Positions 12,171-24,885 of a DNA stretch of 64,000 nt are shown piece after piece. The notes beneath the pieces were generated by a model that did not search any database, had not been told where the DNA came from, and saw only the letters and a program-made list of their open reading frames with translations. Positions within the stretch are counted from its first letter, which is position 1. Every line of letters starts with the position of its first letter. A program made the position numbers and the translations under genes. Where the stretch lies: assembly GCF_009834535.1 (NCBI RefSeq), contig NC_045697.1, positions 71,922,001 through 71,986,000 on the forward strand, in the 5' to 3' direction. This stretch comes from Camelus ferus (lineage: Eukaryota).

Positions 12171-12551
12171 AATTTTATGAATAATTTGCAATTGCCAACA
12201 TTTCCCTCTCCTCTCAAAGCAGGAGGTGAGTGTATTAAAAGCACACCATTTCTTCCCACTCGTGATTATAATATGCTAACCAAAAGCTTAAAACAAAATA
12301 ACTACAAGTCCAGAAACCAAACACCACAGAGACAGGAAATTTCACCACTCTAAACCCAACATTTTCTTAGCACATTGTCTCAGAATAATGAAAAGCATTT
12401 GGTGGCATTCCTCTCTCACACAAACTGGAGCTACAGGGAAAGATTTCAAGGGCTCATATTTCCACTTGGTAAAAATCCTTTATTCTGGTGGAATAACAGC
12501 TGGTTAGAGAGGGGAAAAAAAAAAAACAGTACAGGAGCTGAGTAGCTTCTG

Positions 12552-12743
12552 GTCTCCATGGTAACAGTGTATCATACTCTGACTCTTTTAATCACCCAAT
12601 TCCCTTAGGATAAAGAAAAGAGCAAGGAGACAAAAGCACTAAGATCTCCCCCCGCCCCACCAAAATGTAGCCATTTGTGGAGTGGAGGTCACAAGTCAGC
12701 AGACGTAGCCAGGAGGTGACTGCAACCACCTACAGTGACGTGA
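12552..12743. promoter_or_regulatory. RFX X-box + GC box + CRE-like module
   Basis: GTCTCCATGGTAAC 12552-12565, CCCCGCCCC 12650-12658, TGACGTGA 12736-12743. Confidence 0.45.
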
Positions 12744-13009
12744 CATTTCCTTAGAACTGTCTCATCAGTAAGGGTAATAGGTTAATATTGATCAAGCAGA
12801 GGTTAGTTGAAATCACTCATGCTCCCCACCTTCTATGCTCTAACACATATGCAAGGCAGCATCCTGGGGATGGGGGCAGCTTGCAACAAGCCACGATTCA
12901 TAGCAGGGTAACTGGTCTCCACAGGAGTGAAATTCATGATACTTTTCTTCTTACCATAGCCTTTGCTTGATTTCTAGGAAAGATACTGAACATCTTTTGA
13001 ATGATCAGA

Positions 13010-13190
13010 GCAGCACATCTCAAAGCCAGGCCCACGAAGCTTGGCATCAGAATCCCTGGGGGCACTGTTACAGCAGATTCCCAGGGCACCAGAGGTCCTA
13101 GCAGAGCCGGCCTGGCGGGGAGCAGGGAAGCTGTATTGAACAAGCAGCTCCTGGAGGTCCTTATGCACCCCACACTTGGAAACCCTTCAT
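13010..13190. mobile_element. MER5-like hAT MITE
   Basis: catcagaatccctggg...gcagattcccaggg...aacaagc..cctgg..ttatgcac..acttggaaac pattern. Confidence 0.55.
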
Positions 13191-13644
13191 TTAGATCTTG
13201 GGAGTTACTCAAAAATCTAACTTTAGCTAACTTTGCTGTTTGTGTTGGCATTCAAAAGATCATTTATAAATGTGACAGATTCCACTTTTCTACAGATGAC
13301 CTGTAGAGATAGTGCATTTGTGAGACAAAAAAAAAAAAAAAAAGAGAGAGAGAGAGAGAAGTTTTCAATACCACTGAAGTGAAACAGAACAAAAATCTAT
13401 TTTGGAAAAACAGCTGTAAATTCACAACGAAAAGTGTAACCTTTGGCTTTACTCATTTCATTTTATTTCCTCTATCACCTTACCAGTTATAGTAAGACCT
13501 ATCTAATTAGCATAAAGAACATTTTTTACTTTTGATAAGACAGAATTCTTATGTTAAAAGACAGAAACCTAATGCTGTAAATCACTAATTTTTTTCATAC
13601 CTTCTGAAAAATTATACAAGTTACATTTCAGTGCCCACCCAATT

Positions 13645-15610
13645 GTATTCATACATTCAGAAATTCGTATGTTTACTAAGTACCTATTGAGTGCAAGTAG
13701 TGCTCTATGGGCTGGAGTTAAAGGAGTCAAAGGCCCCCGCCATCCTAGAGCTTACATTCTAGGAAGACAGACAATAAAAACTAGTAAAATAGCTACCATG
13801 TCAGATGGTGAAAAGTGCTACCAAAAAAGTATAAAGAAATGAGATGGTTGCAGGTTTTAATAATTGATATGAGGAGACCTTAAAAAGGAAAGTGATATTT
13901 GAGCAAAAATCTGAACATGATGGGGAATGAGTCTCACAATTATTGGGGGGACATGTTCAAGGCAGAAGAAACAGCAAGTGCAAAAGCCCTGAGGCAGAAG
14001 CACACTTGGCTTGTCAGAGAAACATCCCCTAGGTCAGTGTGGCTGGAAGGGAGCGAATGAGGGAAAGAGTAGCAGAAGATGAGGTGAGACCTCACGCACA
14101 AGAGGCATGTATCATGACCCTTGAATTTTATTCCAAATGAGATGGGAAGAAGCTACAGGAAGATTTTGCACAGAGAAATTATATGGATTGATTGACTTAT
14201 GTTTACAAGGATCATTCTGGCATCTGAATTGAGAATAGACTGTCAGAGAAAAAACAACAGAAGAAGAGAGGCCAGGCAGAAGGCATTCCAGTATTTGAGG
14301 GGTGAAACGATGCTGGGTAAGGCTAGAATGGCAGCTGTGGTGGTAAGAAAAAAATTCAAGGCAGAGCCAAAAGGATTTAAGAAAGAATCAAATGTTGGAT
14401 CAAGACAAAGTCATGGTTTTTTAACCCTGAAAAATTGACAAGATGGAGCTGCCTTTTCCTGGATGTGGAAGACTGAGAGAAGCAGGGGTTGGGACATGTT
14501 AGCATTAAGTCATCTGTTAGACATCCAGGAAGCAAAGTCAAGTAGATAATTGGGTCTACGAACCTGAAGTTCAGAAGGGGTATCTAGGCTGGAGGTGTAA
14601 ATGTGTGGATTACCAATCTGGATTCTATTCCCTAGGGAGTCAGTGTAAATAGAAAAGGGAAATTCAATGTCTAAATAAGGCTGCACTTCAAGATTTAAAG
14701 GTCAGAACTGAGTGGGCACCATCAAAGGGACTGAGGAGTGGCCAGCGAGGTAGTAGGCATGACCTTGAAGCCAAGCAGTGAACACATTTCAAAGAGGTGG
14801 GAATGATCAGCAATGTCAAGTGTGTGGAGATCAGCACCATGAGGACTGGGAACTGACTGTGAGCTTTCACAATGTGCACATGAGTGCCGATCTTGGCGAG
14901 AGCAGTTAGATGTACTTGTGGGATCAAAATCCTGATTTTATTGAATTCAGGGGAGAATAGGATAAGAGGAATTGGAGAAAACAACTATAAAAATTTCATT
15001 TCAAGGCCTTACCTCTAAAGAGGAGGTTAAAAAATGGGGTGATAACTGAAAGAAATGTGAGATCATGAAAAGGGACTTTTTCTTTTTGCCTTTTTGTTTT
15101 TTTTTAAATATGAGACTTTAAAGAATACTTGAAGTCTAAGAGAATATTCAAGTGGAAAGGCTCAACTGGATGACAAAGGACAGGAGGGAAGAATTGCTGA
15201 GCAATGTCCTTGGATAGAGGAGAAGGGGTGAGGTCTAGTAGGCAATCGGAGGCATTAGAATCTTTTCAGAATCTTTTTCTTTAATAGAAAATTGTTCACC
15301 TATATATATGATCAGGAGAGAAAGCAGATGCACAGAGCTGTCTAGAAGTGGTTGTGGCTGCTTATGCAAGTCCTTGTTATTGGCTTTTTTTCCTCAGTGA
15401 ATCAGGAAATACGCTTCTCTATAAGAAGTGGGAAGTTGAAAGGGTTTTGGAGGTTTGAGGAGAGGGATCAGGGTGGAGACAATGTCGTGGTCCTGGAGAC
15501 TGAGGAGGGAAGGGTCTTGGGTGACGTGATGTGACTGCCAGCAGCATAAGGGCCATCTTGATGACAGTAGGGTAACACCAGTCAGCCATTGTGGTGTAAA
15601 TATCTGGAGA
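13645..15610 (-). mobile_element. L2 LINE, about 2 kb
   Basis: Begins with the reverse complement of the L2 3' end (attcatacattca...tttactaagtacctat) and continues with purine-rich antisense L2 body. Confidence 0.8.
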
Positions 15611-17477
15611 AAGTGCAAGAGTCAAATTAAAAAGTCTGAGCTAGCCATCATAAAACGTTTTCCAAGTCCTCATTTTAATCTTGACAAAAATCCAGTGTGA
15701 GTAGTTCTCCTTCCCTGGCAGTGCTGAGAACGTTACCCTGCCCCTGCATGTGCATTTTAGAGGGTTTCTTGCTTAATCTATTGGTCTTTCACTTTTTAAG
15801 ACAGTGAGGTATATTTTTTAAAATACCTCACTCGTTTCAACCCCCACCCTTTAGTGTGTGGTATAAAAATCTCTATGGCATGATATAGTTTAACATACTT
15901 TCTAAGTTTATTCATAAATGCAAATCAGAAGTCATTTTCAATCTCCTGCTTTTGAGGTCTTAGATATTTATACCAAAGAATGATACAAAATTTCTCAAAG
16001 CTGAATTGATTTTAGTTCAAAACCATCTGACAATATTACATACAATTTACTAATGGCAAAAGAAATCAAACTCAAATTAACCAAGAAAGGATTTTACAGC
16101 TCAGAAAATCAGGATTATTTTACAAGAGGCACAGGAATTCCTATAGTCAGTCCTGTTACTGAGTTCTCCACAAGCCGTGAGTTTCCATCCATTGCTACTA
16201 ATTAACACTCTGCTTCACATCTCGCTGCATTTCCCATTCAGCCATTGGTTTCCAGGCAGTGACTCAAATAAGGTGTAAGAGAGGCACAGCTGGCATTTAG
16301 CAAAAAATACCGAGACTTATAGCTGCATAGTGATTTCATAGACACCACCTGCCATCACCAGGAACAACTGAATCTTCCTCGTCTTAGCCACAGTGACATG
16401 CCAAGTGCCTGTTATCACTTTTTTGAAACATAAAATTGGTAAGAGAGGGGAGGAACATAATATCAATGCCCATTTTACAAGACCTAAATACGTATTCTTC
16501 CTTTTAAGACATCTTTAAAGTTTATATTCAGGTGCATATGCCTGTTTGTGGAATATTTTGGTCCCACGTGTAAGTTATTTGATAATGAGTATTTATCCTT
16601 CGAGCCCTAATTATAGCACATCTCTATGGAAAAGGGGACTTCACTTGGCCACTCTGTTAATATGATACCATTTCAGGGACTGCCTGTGTCTCTTTTCTTT
16701 ATCTTTTCATTGACTGACTAATCGATTAAAAAACTGATCTATGTGCTGGAAGGGTAAATAAATATTTCCAAGCATGTACTAGTTTCATAATAAGTAGTAT
16801 TTCACATTTGTCTTTTAAAAATCTCTTCAAGATCCATTGAACAATGAACATATCATTAATTTTACATTTCTCCTCTATTATGGGTGCTCTGTGTCATTTT
16901 GACTTAAGCTTTCCCTTCATAAACCTTTCCTTCGGATGATCTACCCAAACAGAAAGTAGTTTAGATGCTGGAGAGCAAAGAATGCTCGAGGGTGAGATTA
17001 TCCAAGCTTGAGTCCTGACTCCAGCACGTGGCCGTGGTCCCTGTGTGATCCTAGGAAACTGACTCAAAGTCTATGAGCCTTATCTGTTATATGGAATGAC
17101 AATGGTCGTAATGTCATGGTGAGGCTTAAACACACTAACTCATATCACGTGCTTAGCACCTTATGCCTAATGAACAGGAAGAATTCAGCAAGTTTTTATG
17201 TTTTTATAAATTTATAAATGTACTTTATATGTGCATATTATATGTATATATTATATTATATATATATAATATTGAATATAATGAATGTACTTTATCCAGG
17301 CTGCATAGGTCTTTGGGAAATATTTAGAGTGTGCTGATTCCCCATTCTTCCACTTACAAATTGTTTAACCTCTTTGAGACTCAGTTTTTCAGTCATTAAA
17401 ATGGAGTTCATAAAGGCCTCCTAGTACGGTTCCCAGCACTGCATAGGTTTCCATTAGCAGGTGGCGCTAATTACTGT

Positions 17478-17894
17478 CTATATTCACTCACTAGGGCTGC
17501 CATAACAAAATACCACAGATGGGGTGGCTTAAACAACAGAAATGTATTTTCTCACAGATCTGGAAGCTGAGAACTTGAACTCCGAGATCACGGGGTCAGC
17601 AGGTTTGAGTTCTTCCGAGGCCTCGCTCCTTGGCTTGCAGACGGCCACCTTCTCACTGTGTCCTCACGTGGCCTTCCTTCCGTGCACACACAACCCTGGT
17701 GTCTCTCTGTGTGCCTGATCTCTTTCTGGAAGGACACCAGTCAGATTGGATTAGGGTCCACCTTAATGGCCTCATTTTAACTTAATTACTTCTTTCAGGA
17801 TTCTATCTCCAAACACAGTCTCATTCTGAGGTACTGGTGGTTGGGGTTTCAAAATACAAATTGGAGTGGGGGGGATACAGTTTAGCCCATAACA
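17478..17894 (-). mobile_element. MLT1A/B/C-type MaLR LTR
   Basis: agggctgccataacaaaataccacaga...ggcttaaacaacagaaat ... tttagcccataaca. Confidence 0.9.
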
Positions 17895-18236
17895 CTATCC
17901 TTCAGCTTTCTCACCTCTTTTCATCTCAGATAATCCAACTACCTTGAAAGACACATCTGAAGAAACAGAGATATAAATGCTCCAGTTACCACAGCCTGAA
18001 GAGACTGAGAAGTTTGTGTATAACTTTCTTTTCCTTGCAATAAACTGTAAGCTTTTCTTCCCTTCCTTGCTTCATTTCTGAGGTCCCAAAATTTTAGGTA
18101 GTGATTCTAAAAATACATCCATTTTAATAAAATATCATTACAATAAAATATTATATATCATCATGTATTTTTTGATGTTTTACTTATCTATAAACAATGA
18201 ATTTGATAAGCAAATCAAGAATCTGAAGAAGAATCA

Positions 18237-18405
18237 ATAAACAACAAGGACTTACTGCATAGCATAGAGAACTATATTCAATACCTTGTAATAACCTATA
18301 ATGGAAAAGAAGCTGAAAAAGAATATATATATATATATCACTAAATCACGTTGCTGTACACCTGAAATTAACACAATATTGTAAATCAACTATACTTCAA
18401 TAAAA
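18237..18405 (+). mobile_element. 5'-truncated L1 3' UTR
   Basis: TSD aagaagaatca at 18226-18236 and 18406-18416; ends tatacttcaataaaaaa. Confidence 0.9.
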
Positions 18406-21400
18406 AAGAAGAATCAGAATACTGTGAAGTGAGAATTTTGACAGCTATAAGAGGGGGGAGAAAATGTTACCAGAATTGATAAACTTAACTTGCCAAAACC
18501 AACTTTGGCACGTAGCATAGCTTGCCTACCCAAAAGTCATTCGCTCCCCTTGGTGCCAATGAAAACCAAATTGCATCCATCCTTCTTCAAGAAGCCATGA
18601 CCACAGAGGAAGCTGAACTCTCCAGACCCTAAGGATGAATCATGATTGACTTAAAGCCAAACACAGTCACTTCCCTCCCCTCTGCAGTGATTAGTGTAGC
18701 GTAGACCAAGGAACCTGAAGGGGGTCTGCAAAGAGCCCTAGGAAAATGAATACAGCAAAGGAGCGCTTTCTTTCAAATACTGTAATATGAGGAGGTGATT
18801 CTTGGAGCTCCTGCAGCCATCTTGTCCTCCAGAATAAATTCCTTTTTTTTTTCTCCTCTGAAACTGTGCACACAATAAGAGAACAAAGCTTCTGAAATCA
18901 GAGGCTAATTGTTCCTAATACAGAAATTAATTTAAAAGAACTGCTAAAAGACAAACAACCTGGATCACTTTGACACTCAGCTCCAAGAAGGTCAAGAGCA
19001 AATTACTGGGAAAAATACATGATTTCAGGCCAGGATCCTTAAAGAATTGATAAAGGAAATGTTCATTAGTGAGAAAAGTAAGAAATTATTCTTCATCCCT
19101 TTTAAAAACATTATCTTTGAAAATTGTTCTTCTATTTAATGCTATTTTTATAATGAGAAATACACTGAATTGGAAAAATTATCTGCTTAAACAAAGAGGA
19201 CTCACTTAAACAGTGAGCCATCATCTATGATCTCTGGCAAAACCAGCAGAAAGGATAGCCCTGCTCTCTTCTACAGCACCTGCCATCATTTGGTGCCATT
19301 TCATTTGAAAATTAAAACTCTAGCTTAAAGATATTATGAAAATAGTAATTATTAGAGTAGTTCTCCTTCTTCAGTCTGAGCCAATCTCATTGGAGGATTT
19401 TTAAAATATGAATTAATCTAAATTGTATACAGCTAGAAAAGTCAACTTTTTCCACTGGCTTCTCCCTTTCATGTTCAAAGTCATGGTTATGTGTCTATGG
19501 CAGGGAGGGGGGTACAGTTCTACATCCTCATGATTTATGGAAGATTCCAAGTCACACACACGACAAGATACTCAGCATCCATCTGGGAAAACCGAGGGTC
19601 CATGGGAATAGAGATTGGGTCTGCTCTGCTGAGCTCTGTGTGCTCATTGCCTGTAGACCTCAATAAATATTTGTTAGATAAATGGATTAATAGCTGGGAA
19701 CTAAAAAAATAATCAGAGCTATCATTATATATTAGTCCCCTCTACCCTTCACCCCACATCCAATTACTGTACTTAGCTATTTATTAATCTTCACCAAACA
19801 ACCTGAGTTTTGCCTACTCCAAAGTGATTCTGAGTCAATAATGACCATTAAATTCCCAGTTCAATACCTAGATAGATACTTGTAATCACTTTTAATTTAC
19901 CGGTGTTTCAAGATTTTTCATGTGCCTCCTGTAAGAGCTTTAGATGACCCTGCATCTGGCATCATTTCACAACAGGCCATTTTAACTGCATTCAATAAAT
20001 AAAACTATGGCTCTTCACAACTCCTAAGAAAGATGAATTTACCCATCATCCTGTTTTTAAGGAGCTGGGAACAAAAGATGTGACAAAACAGGTCAGAAAA
20101 AAAAATTGATCATGTTGACTGTGCTCTATAACCCAGTAATCACACAGACCAAAGTGGCAAGATGATCACAGACCTTTGGTGACAGGACTCATTATCTTAA
20201 AGAGCAATTTAGCGGGAAAGAACAGTTCATCTTGTTCAGTGAATGGAAAATGTCGGAGTTTAATGGCCATCATTTTTACAGCATCTGTAGCCTAGCTCAC
20301 AGGAAAAAAATGATGAAGTTTAAATCCAGGTAATAATTTATTTCTAGTAGACACATTATTAAATAAGCACTTATTTTTTATTTGAATAAGTTAACAATCC
20401 CCTCCTGGACCAACACTATCCCTAGTCACTTTTGAGGGAATGTGGTAAGGAGGAGGGCGTATACTGGGGAAGTTGGGGGAAGTCTCTTGGTCACCAACTG
20501 ACGATTACTCCCACTACTTGCACTGACTCTGTAAAGCTCTTAGAGTCAGCCTGTCTCCTGAAGAAAAGGAATTTACCATTAAAATATGGAAGATTATTTT
20601 TTACCTTGGAGGCGAACAAATATTTCTTGGCTGGGTGTTAGAGACTTAGAGACAACTGGAATGCCCATTCTTTGCAGTAGCCTAGAATAATGACTTCTGC
20701 CCTTCCAAGCCTTCATGGGAGCCCGATGGGCCAGTAGCAAGGACAGGCAGATGGGAGTTCCCAGAATTAGCAGCTATGGGTCAAGAAATGCTTAAATCTT
20801 CTACATGGCAATTCAGTGTTTTTAATGTAATTACACCTAATGATCTCATCTTCAACTTTCTTGAAAACACCCGCTGATACTTCAGAGCAAGATTGGAAAT
20901 ATCCATTAGCATGAAGAAAATAGGAGAATTGTGAGACAGCAGTGCAAATTCTGGAATGAAACACGTCTGAGTACAAAACCCAGGCTCCCCATTTCTAGCT
21001 ATGTCAAAGGGGGAAGTTAACTTCTCCAAACCTCAATGTCCCCTGGATGTAGAAATTAGCACTCCTACTTGATCTGAAGAGCACACGAGATTATGTCTGT
21101 AAAGCATCCCCAGAGTGCCTACAGTTGCTAAGTGCTCAAGAAATTGTACTTCTTATTATGTTACTACTAATAATGATCTACATTCCTATCTCACAAATAA
21201 GCACTGTCAACATTTTACCATTTAAAAAAATTTTTTACTGTCTTTTTATTTATAAAAAATTTTGTATACTTTTAAAATAATTTTTATACAATTTTTATAC
21301 TAAATTGAAGTATAGTCAATTTACAATGTTGTGTCAATTTCTGGTGTACAGTCATTTGGTTTTCTACGTGCAAGCTTCACATAATTTTTTATTCAACAAT

Positions 21401-21937
21401 GGGCTCATACTATGCATAATGTCTTCAGCTTGCTTTTTTAAAACAATCTTTCCGTGTCAATAAAGGTTCACAGTACAATTTTCAATGTCTTTCTAATACT
21501 CTTCTTTGCATCTCTGCAATAAGTTATTTCACAGATCCCTTTATTGCTAAGCATTTAGGATGTGCCCAAATTTTCACTAAGATGAGCAGTCCTGTCATAA
21601 ATAACACCGCACATAAATACCTCAGTATACTCCTCATTGAGCTAAATTCCTACAAGTGGAATCACTAGGTCAAAGTGCATGTGTGCTTTCTTAGATTTTT
21701 TGAGACTTTTTGACAAATTCTCTTCCCAAAAAGACTCTCACTGAGAATATATGAGATTCACTTTTTCTGAAACTATCACAACACTGGGTATTGAAATTTC
21801 ACCATCAAAGGGAAAGAGCATTGCTCATATAAGAGCAGCGAGAAGGTGTTTTATTGCTATCACTACAAAATGAAAGCACTTTAAAGGTTAATTGAAATCT
21901 CCTAATTACTATTTTCCAGTTGAGGCTTATTCTAGAG

Positions 21938-22308
21938 AAAGAATCGACAAACTACGGCCCACAGACCAAACCTATTTTTGTACATCCCACGAGCTAAGAA
22001 TTGTTTTCACAGGTGAACATTTGCAATCGATTTGATGATAAGGAATGTTACCTGGAACGCCAATTAAGCAAAATGTTATTTTAAAAAATCCAATTCTTCC
22101 CATTAGCCAACCTATATTACCAAAACTTGTATGTACTCAATAATCCTAATTATATATTTTGAATTTTGTTTAAAAAAATTTTATGGAAATTTTCGTTCTT
22201 GCTCCTGGTATATTAGTATTTACATCATATTCTCAGTGTTGCATTGTGACCCTCAAAGTGCAAACTATTTACCATCTGGCTGTTTACAGAAAAAGTTGCC
22301 AACCCCTC
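21938..22308. mobile_element. MER58-family hAT element with perfect 8-bp TSD
   Basis: TTCTAGAG at 21930-21937 and 22309-22316; termini ...tcgacaaactacggcc and ...aaagttgccaacccct. Confidence 0.85.
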
Positions 22309-24885
22309 TTCTAGAGTGTTCGTTAAAAATACAAAAATTTAAATATATTCTTAAGTATTTCACCTAATATAATAGAGTGAGAAATTTAACAAATATATTC
22401 ATTTATTCCACATGTTAGTGCTTTTCAAACCTGGAATTCTCAGATTTCCCAGAGATGATCATGGGAGGAACAAGAGGGCAAGAGAAGCCAAGTCCTCACA
22501 CTCCAACCATTTTTCTTGCCTCTTCTTTCACATCTGGGCTCCAAATAACATTTTGTGTAAGAATTAGACCCACTATTTAAAAAAAAAAATTCTGAAAACT
22601 GCTTTCAAATATGGAACAGGGTTTGTTAAGGTCAGAGGCCCTTTCTCTATATCCAGAGCCTACTGACAGGAGACACTTCCCAATAGGCCTCAACCCACCT
22701 GCTTTCAAGTTAAACTGCTCTCCTTTTTTGCTCCACGGAAATGTTATATATCTGGTTGCTGAAAATAACAAATGTTCAATGCAAATACATGTAAATTGGT
22801 ATTGGTAACTTTTTCTCCTTTCAGGATGAAACTAATCTGGATTCTTGCAAACTGTTTCACACTTAAAACTGTTAAGCAACTATTTCCACAGTAAGGGAGG
22901 CAAGATAGAACCTAAAAGGAACAAATAAGCATAGAACAGGCAATATAGGCCTTACTTCAGTTTTCTGAGTCATTTATTTAGGTTGTGAGGGTAACTTACA
23001 TTGAAGCTGTGGCAAATGTAAGTTACCCTCATTTTGCCTCTGTGGCAAAATGTAATGAAATGGTTAGGAGTGAAAAAATAAACACAGGAACAGGGACCGG
23101 GTTGTTTTTCCATTAAATGTGACTTTCTTGTTGATTGTGCATTTCCAGAAGGTGTAACGTAATTACTTCCTCTCCCTTCCTGAAGCTCTTTCAGATCCAA
23201 CCTGACACATCCCCACACGCGTAGCTCTTCTACCCTCTGGTTCAGTTTGGCAGGGAAATTCTTTCAAATAAGCAAGAAAGAAAATAGTCTGTTCCTTACT
23301 GGAATCATGCTGTTAAAAATCAACAACAAATAACGTAACAATTCCATAACAGGAACCCTTGGTACTAGAATTTAAATTTCTATAATCAGTTTATATCAAA
23401 TTGATCTTCATTCTGGAATCAGGTAAGTCAAAACAATGAGAATGTAATCAATAAAATTACCAAAAGAGTAACAATGATCATGGCAATAACAGCTGATGTT
23501 TGGGTGCTTGCTGTGTGGTAGGTCGTGGACAGGTCACAAGATTCAACTGACTTTGAATTTTCTTAACACTCATCTATTATAACCATGCCCTGTTCTAATT
23601 CCATTGTGTACATTAACTGCTTCAAGGTAGTGGCACCAATGAGGCAGGCGCCATTACTATCACCATCCTACAGATGCGGTCCGGCAGGGTGCCGTGCTCA
23701 CAGAGCTGGTGACAGTGGACCTGGGCCTCTGATCCTGGAGCCATCCACAATGGTGCTCATCCCTGAAACTCTGCCTCTCAAACCCACCTGGTAATGAAAA
23801 GTGAGATTATAGTCAGATAAGCTCTAGTCTTAACTGTTACTGAACTAGTGACTGGAATAACTTTAAAAAAGAGAAAGAAATAGAAACTGCTGAAAATGAA
23901 ATAGGAGGTAATTACTACAAAGGGTGTATTTGATCCCTGTCTATTATCTTCAAAAGCTTTTAGAATGAAAAACAGAAAACTGGGCTCCATCTCAGTCTCA
24001 GTACATTGGACCAGTAGACAGAAGAAGGCAACAGTCCTGGAATCTGGCCTGGGTGAAAGTAAGAACCATAAGACAGAGCAACAGCCAGGGACCTGGCTGT
24101 CCCTCCCAGATGCTGGAGCAACCCCAGCACTGTCAAGAGGCACCGGGGCAAGGGGCAGCTGTTATAAGAGTCACAAAAAAAATGAGTGAAAGTAGTCACC
24201 GTTTCCAAAAGTGTATTCTAAGTGATACCAATTAGAAGTATCCAAATATGAAAAAAAAAAAAAAAAGCGTATGTGGTTTGAAAATACAGGAGAAGCTGGG
24301 TCAAAAAGAGTTGCACTGGTTTCTTTACTGCAGGACTTCAGAGTCTTTCATATCCTCAAGTGAACCTCTGGGGTACAACCACAGTATGCAGCATTTCTTC
24401 AGCCTTTTGAACACAGCATTCTTTTTCCTTAGAAAAAGATGTTAACATTTTGTAGATTACCCTTTTTCCATAGAACACAGTTTGAATGAATTAATCAACC
24501 TTTATTCTCTCTCTGTGGTGAAATTACCAGAGTGCATTGCTGGGGGAAGGATCTGTGCTGTGTGTCCCAGATGGTCACATCCACGCACACTTACGTGTAA
24601 AACAGTGTTACAAATCAGCAAGACCAGGCTGTCTTATCAGGGGCACTGTCATGTGATCCAGAAGCAGTATTAAAACTGGAGGTTCTGTTAACCAGCTGAG
24701 TTGGAGCAGAGATTAACTGTAGACAGTGTGTGCGCGTATGTTTATTTCTGGTGTATGTGGAGGCAGGCACTCTCGCGTTCATCAGAGATTTGAAGAATTC
24801 CAGGATCCAAAAAAGTTTAAGAACTGACTGTACTTTACACAGTAAAAATAATCTTTACGAAGGTGATGTTATCACTGAATCCCAG

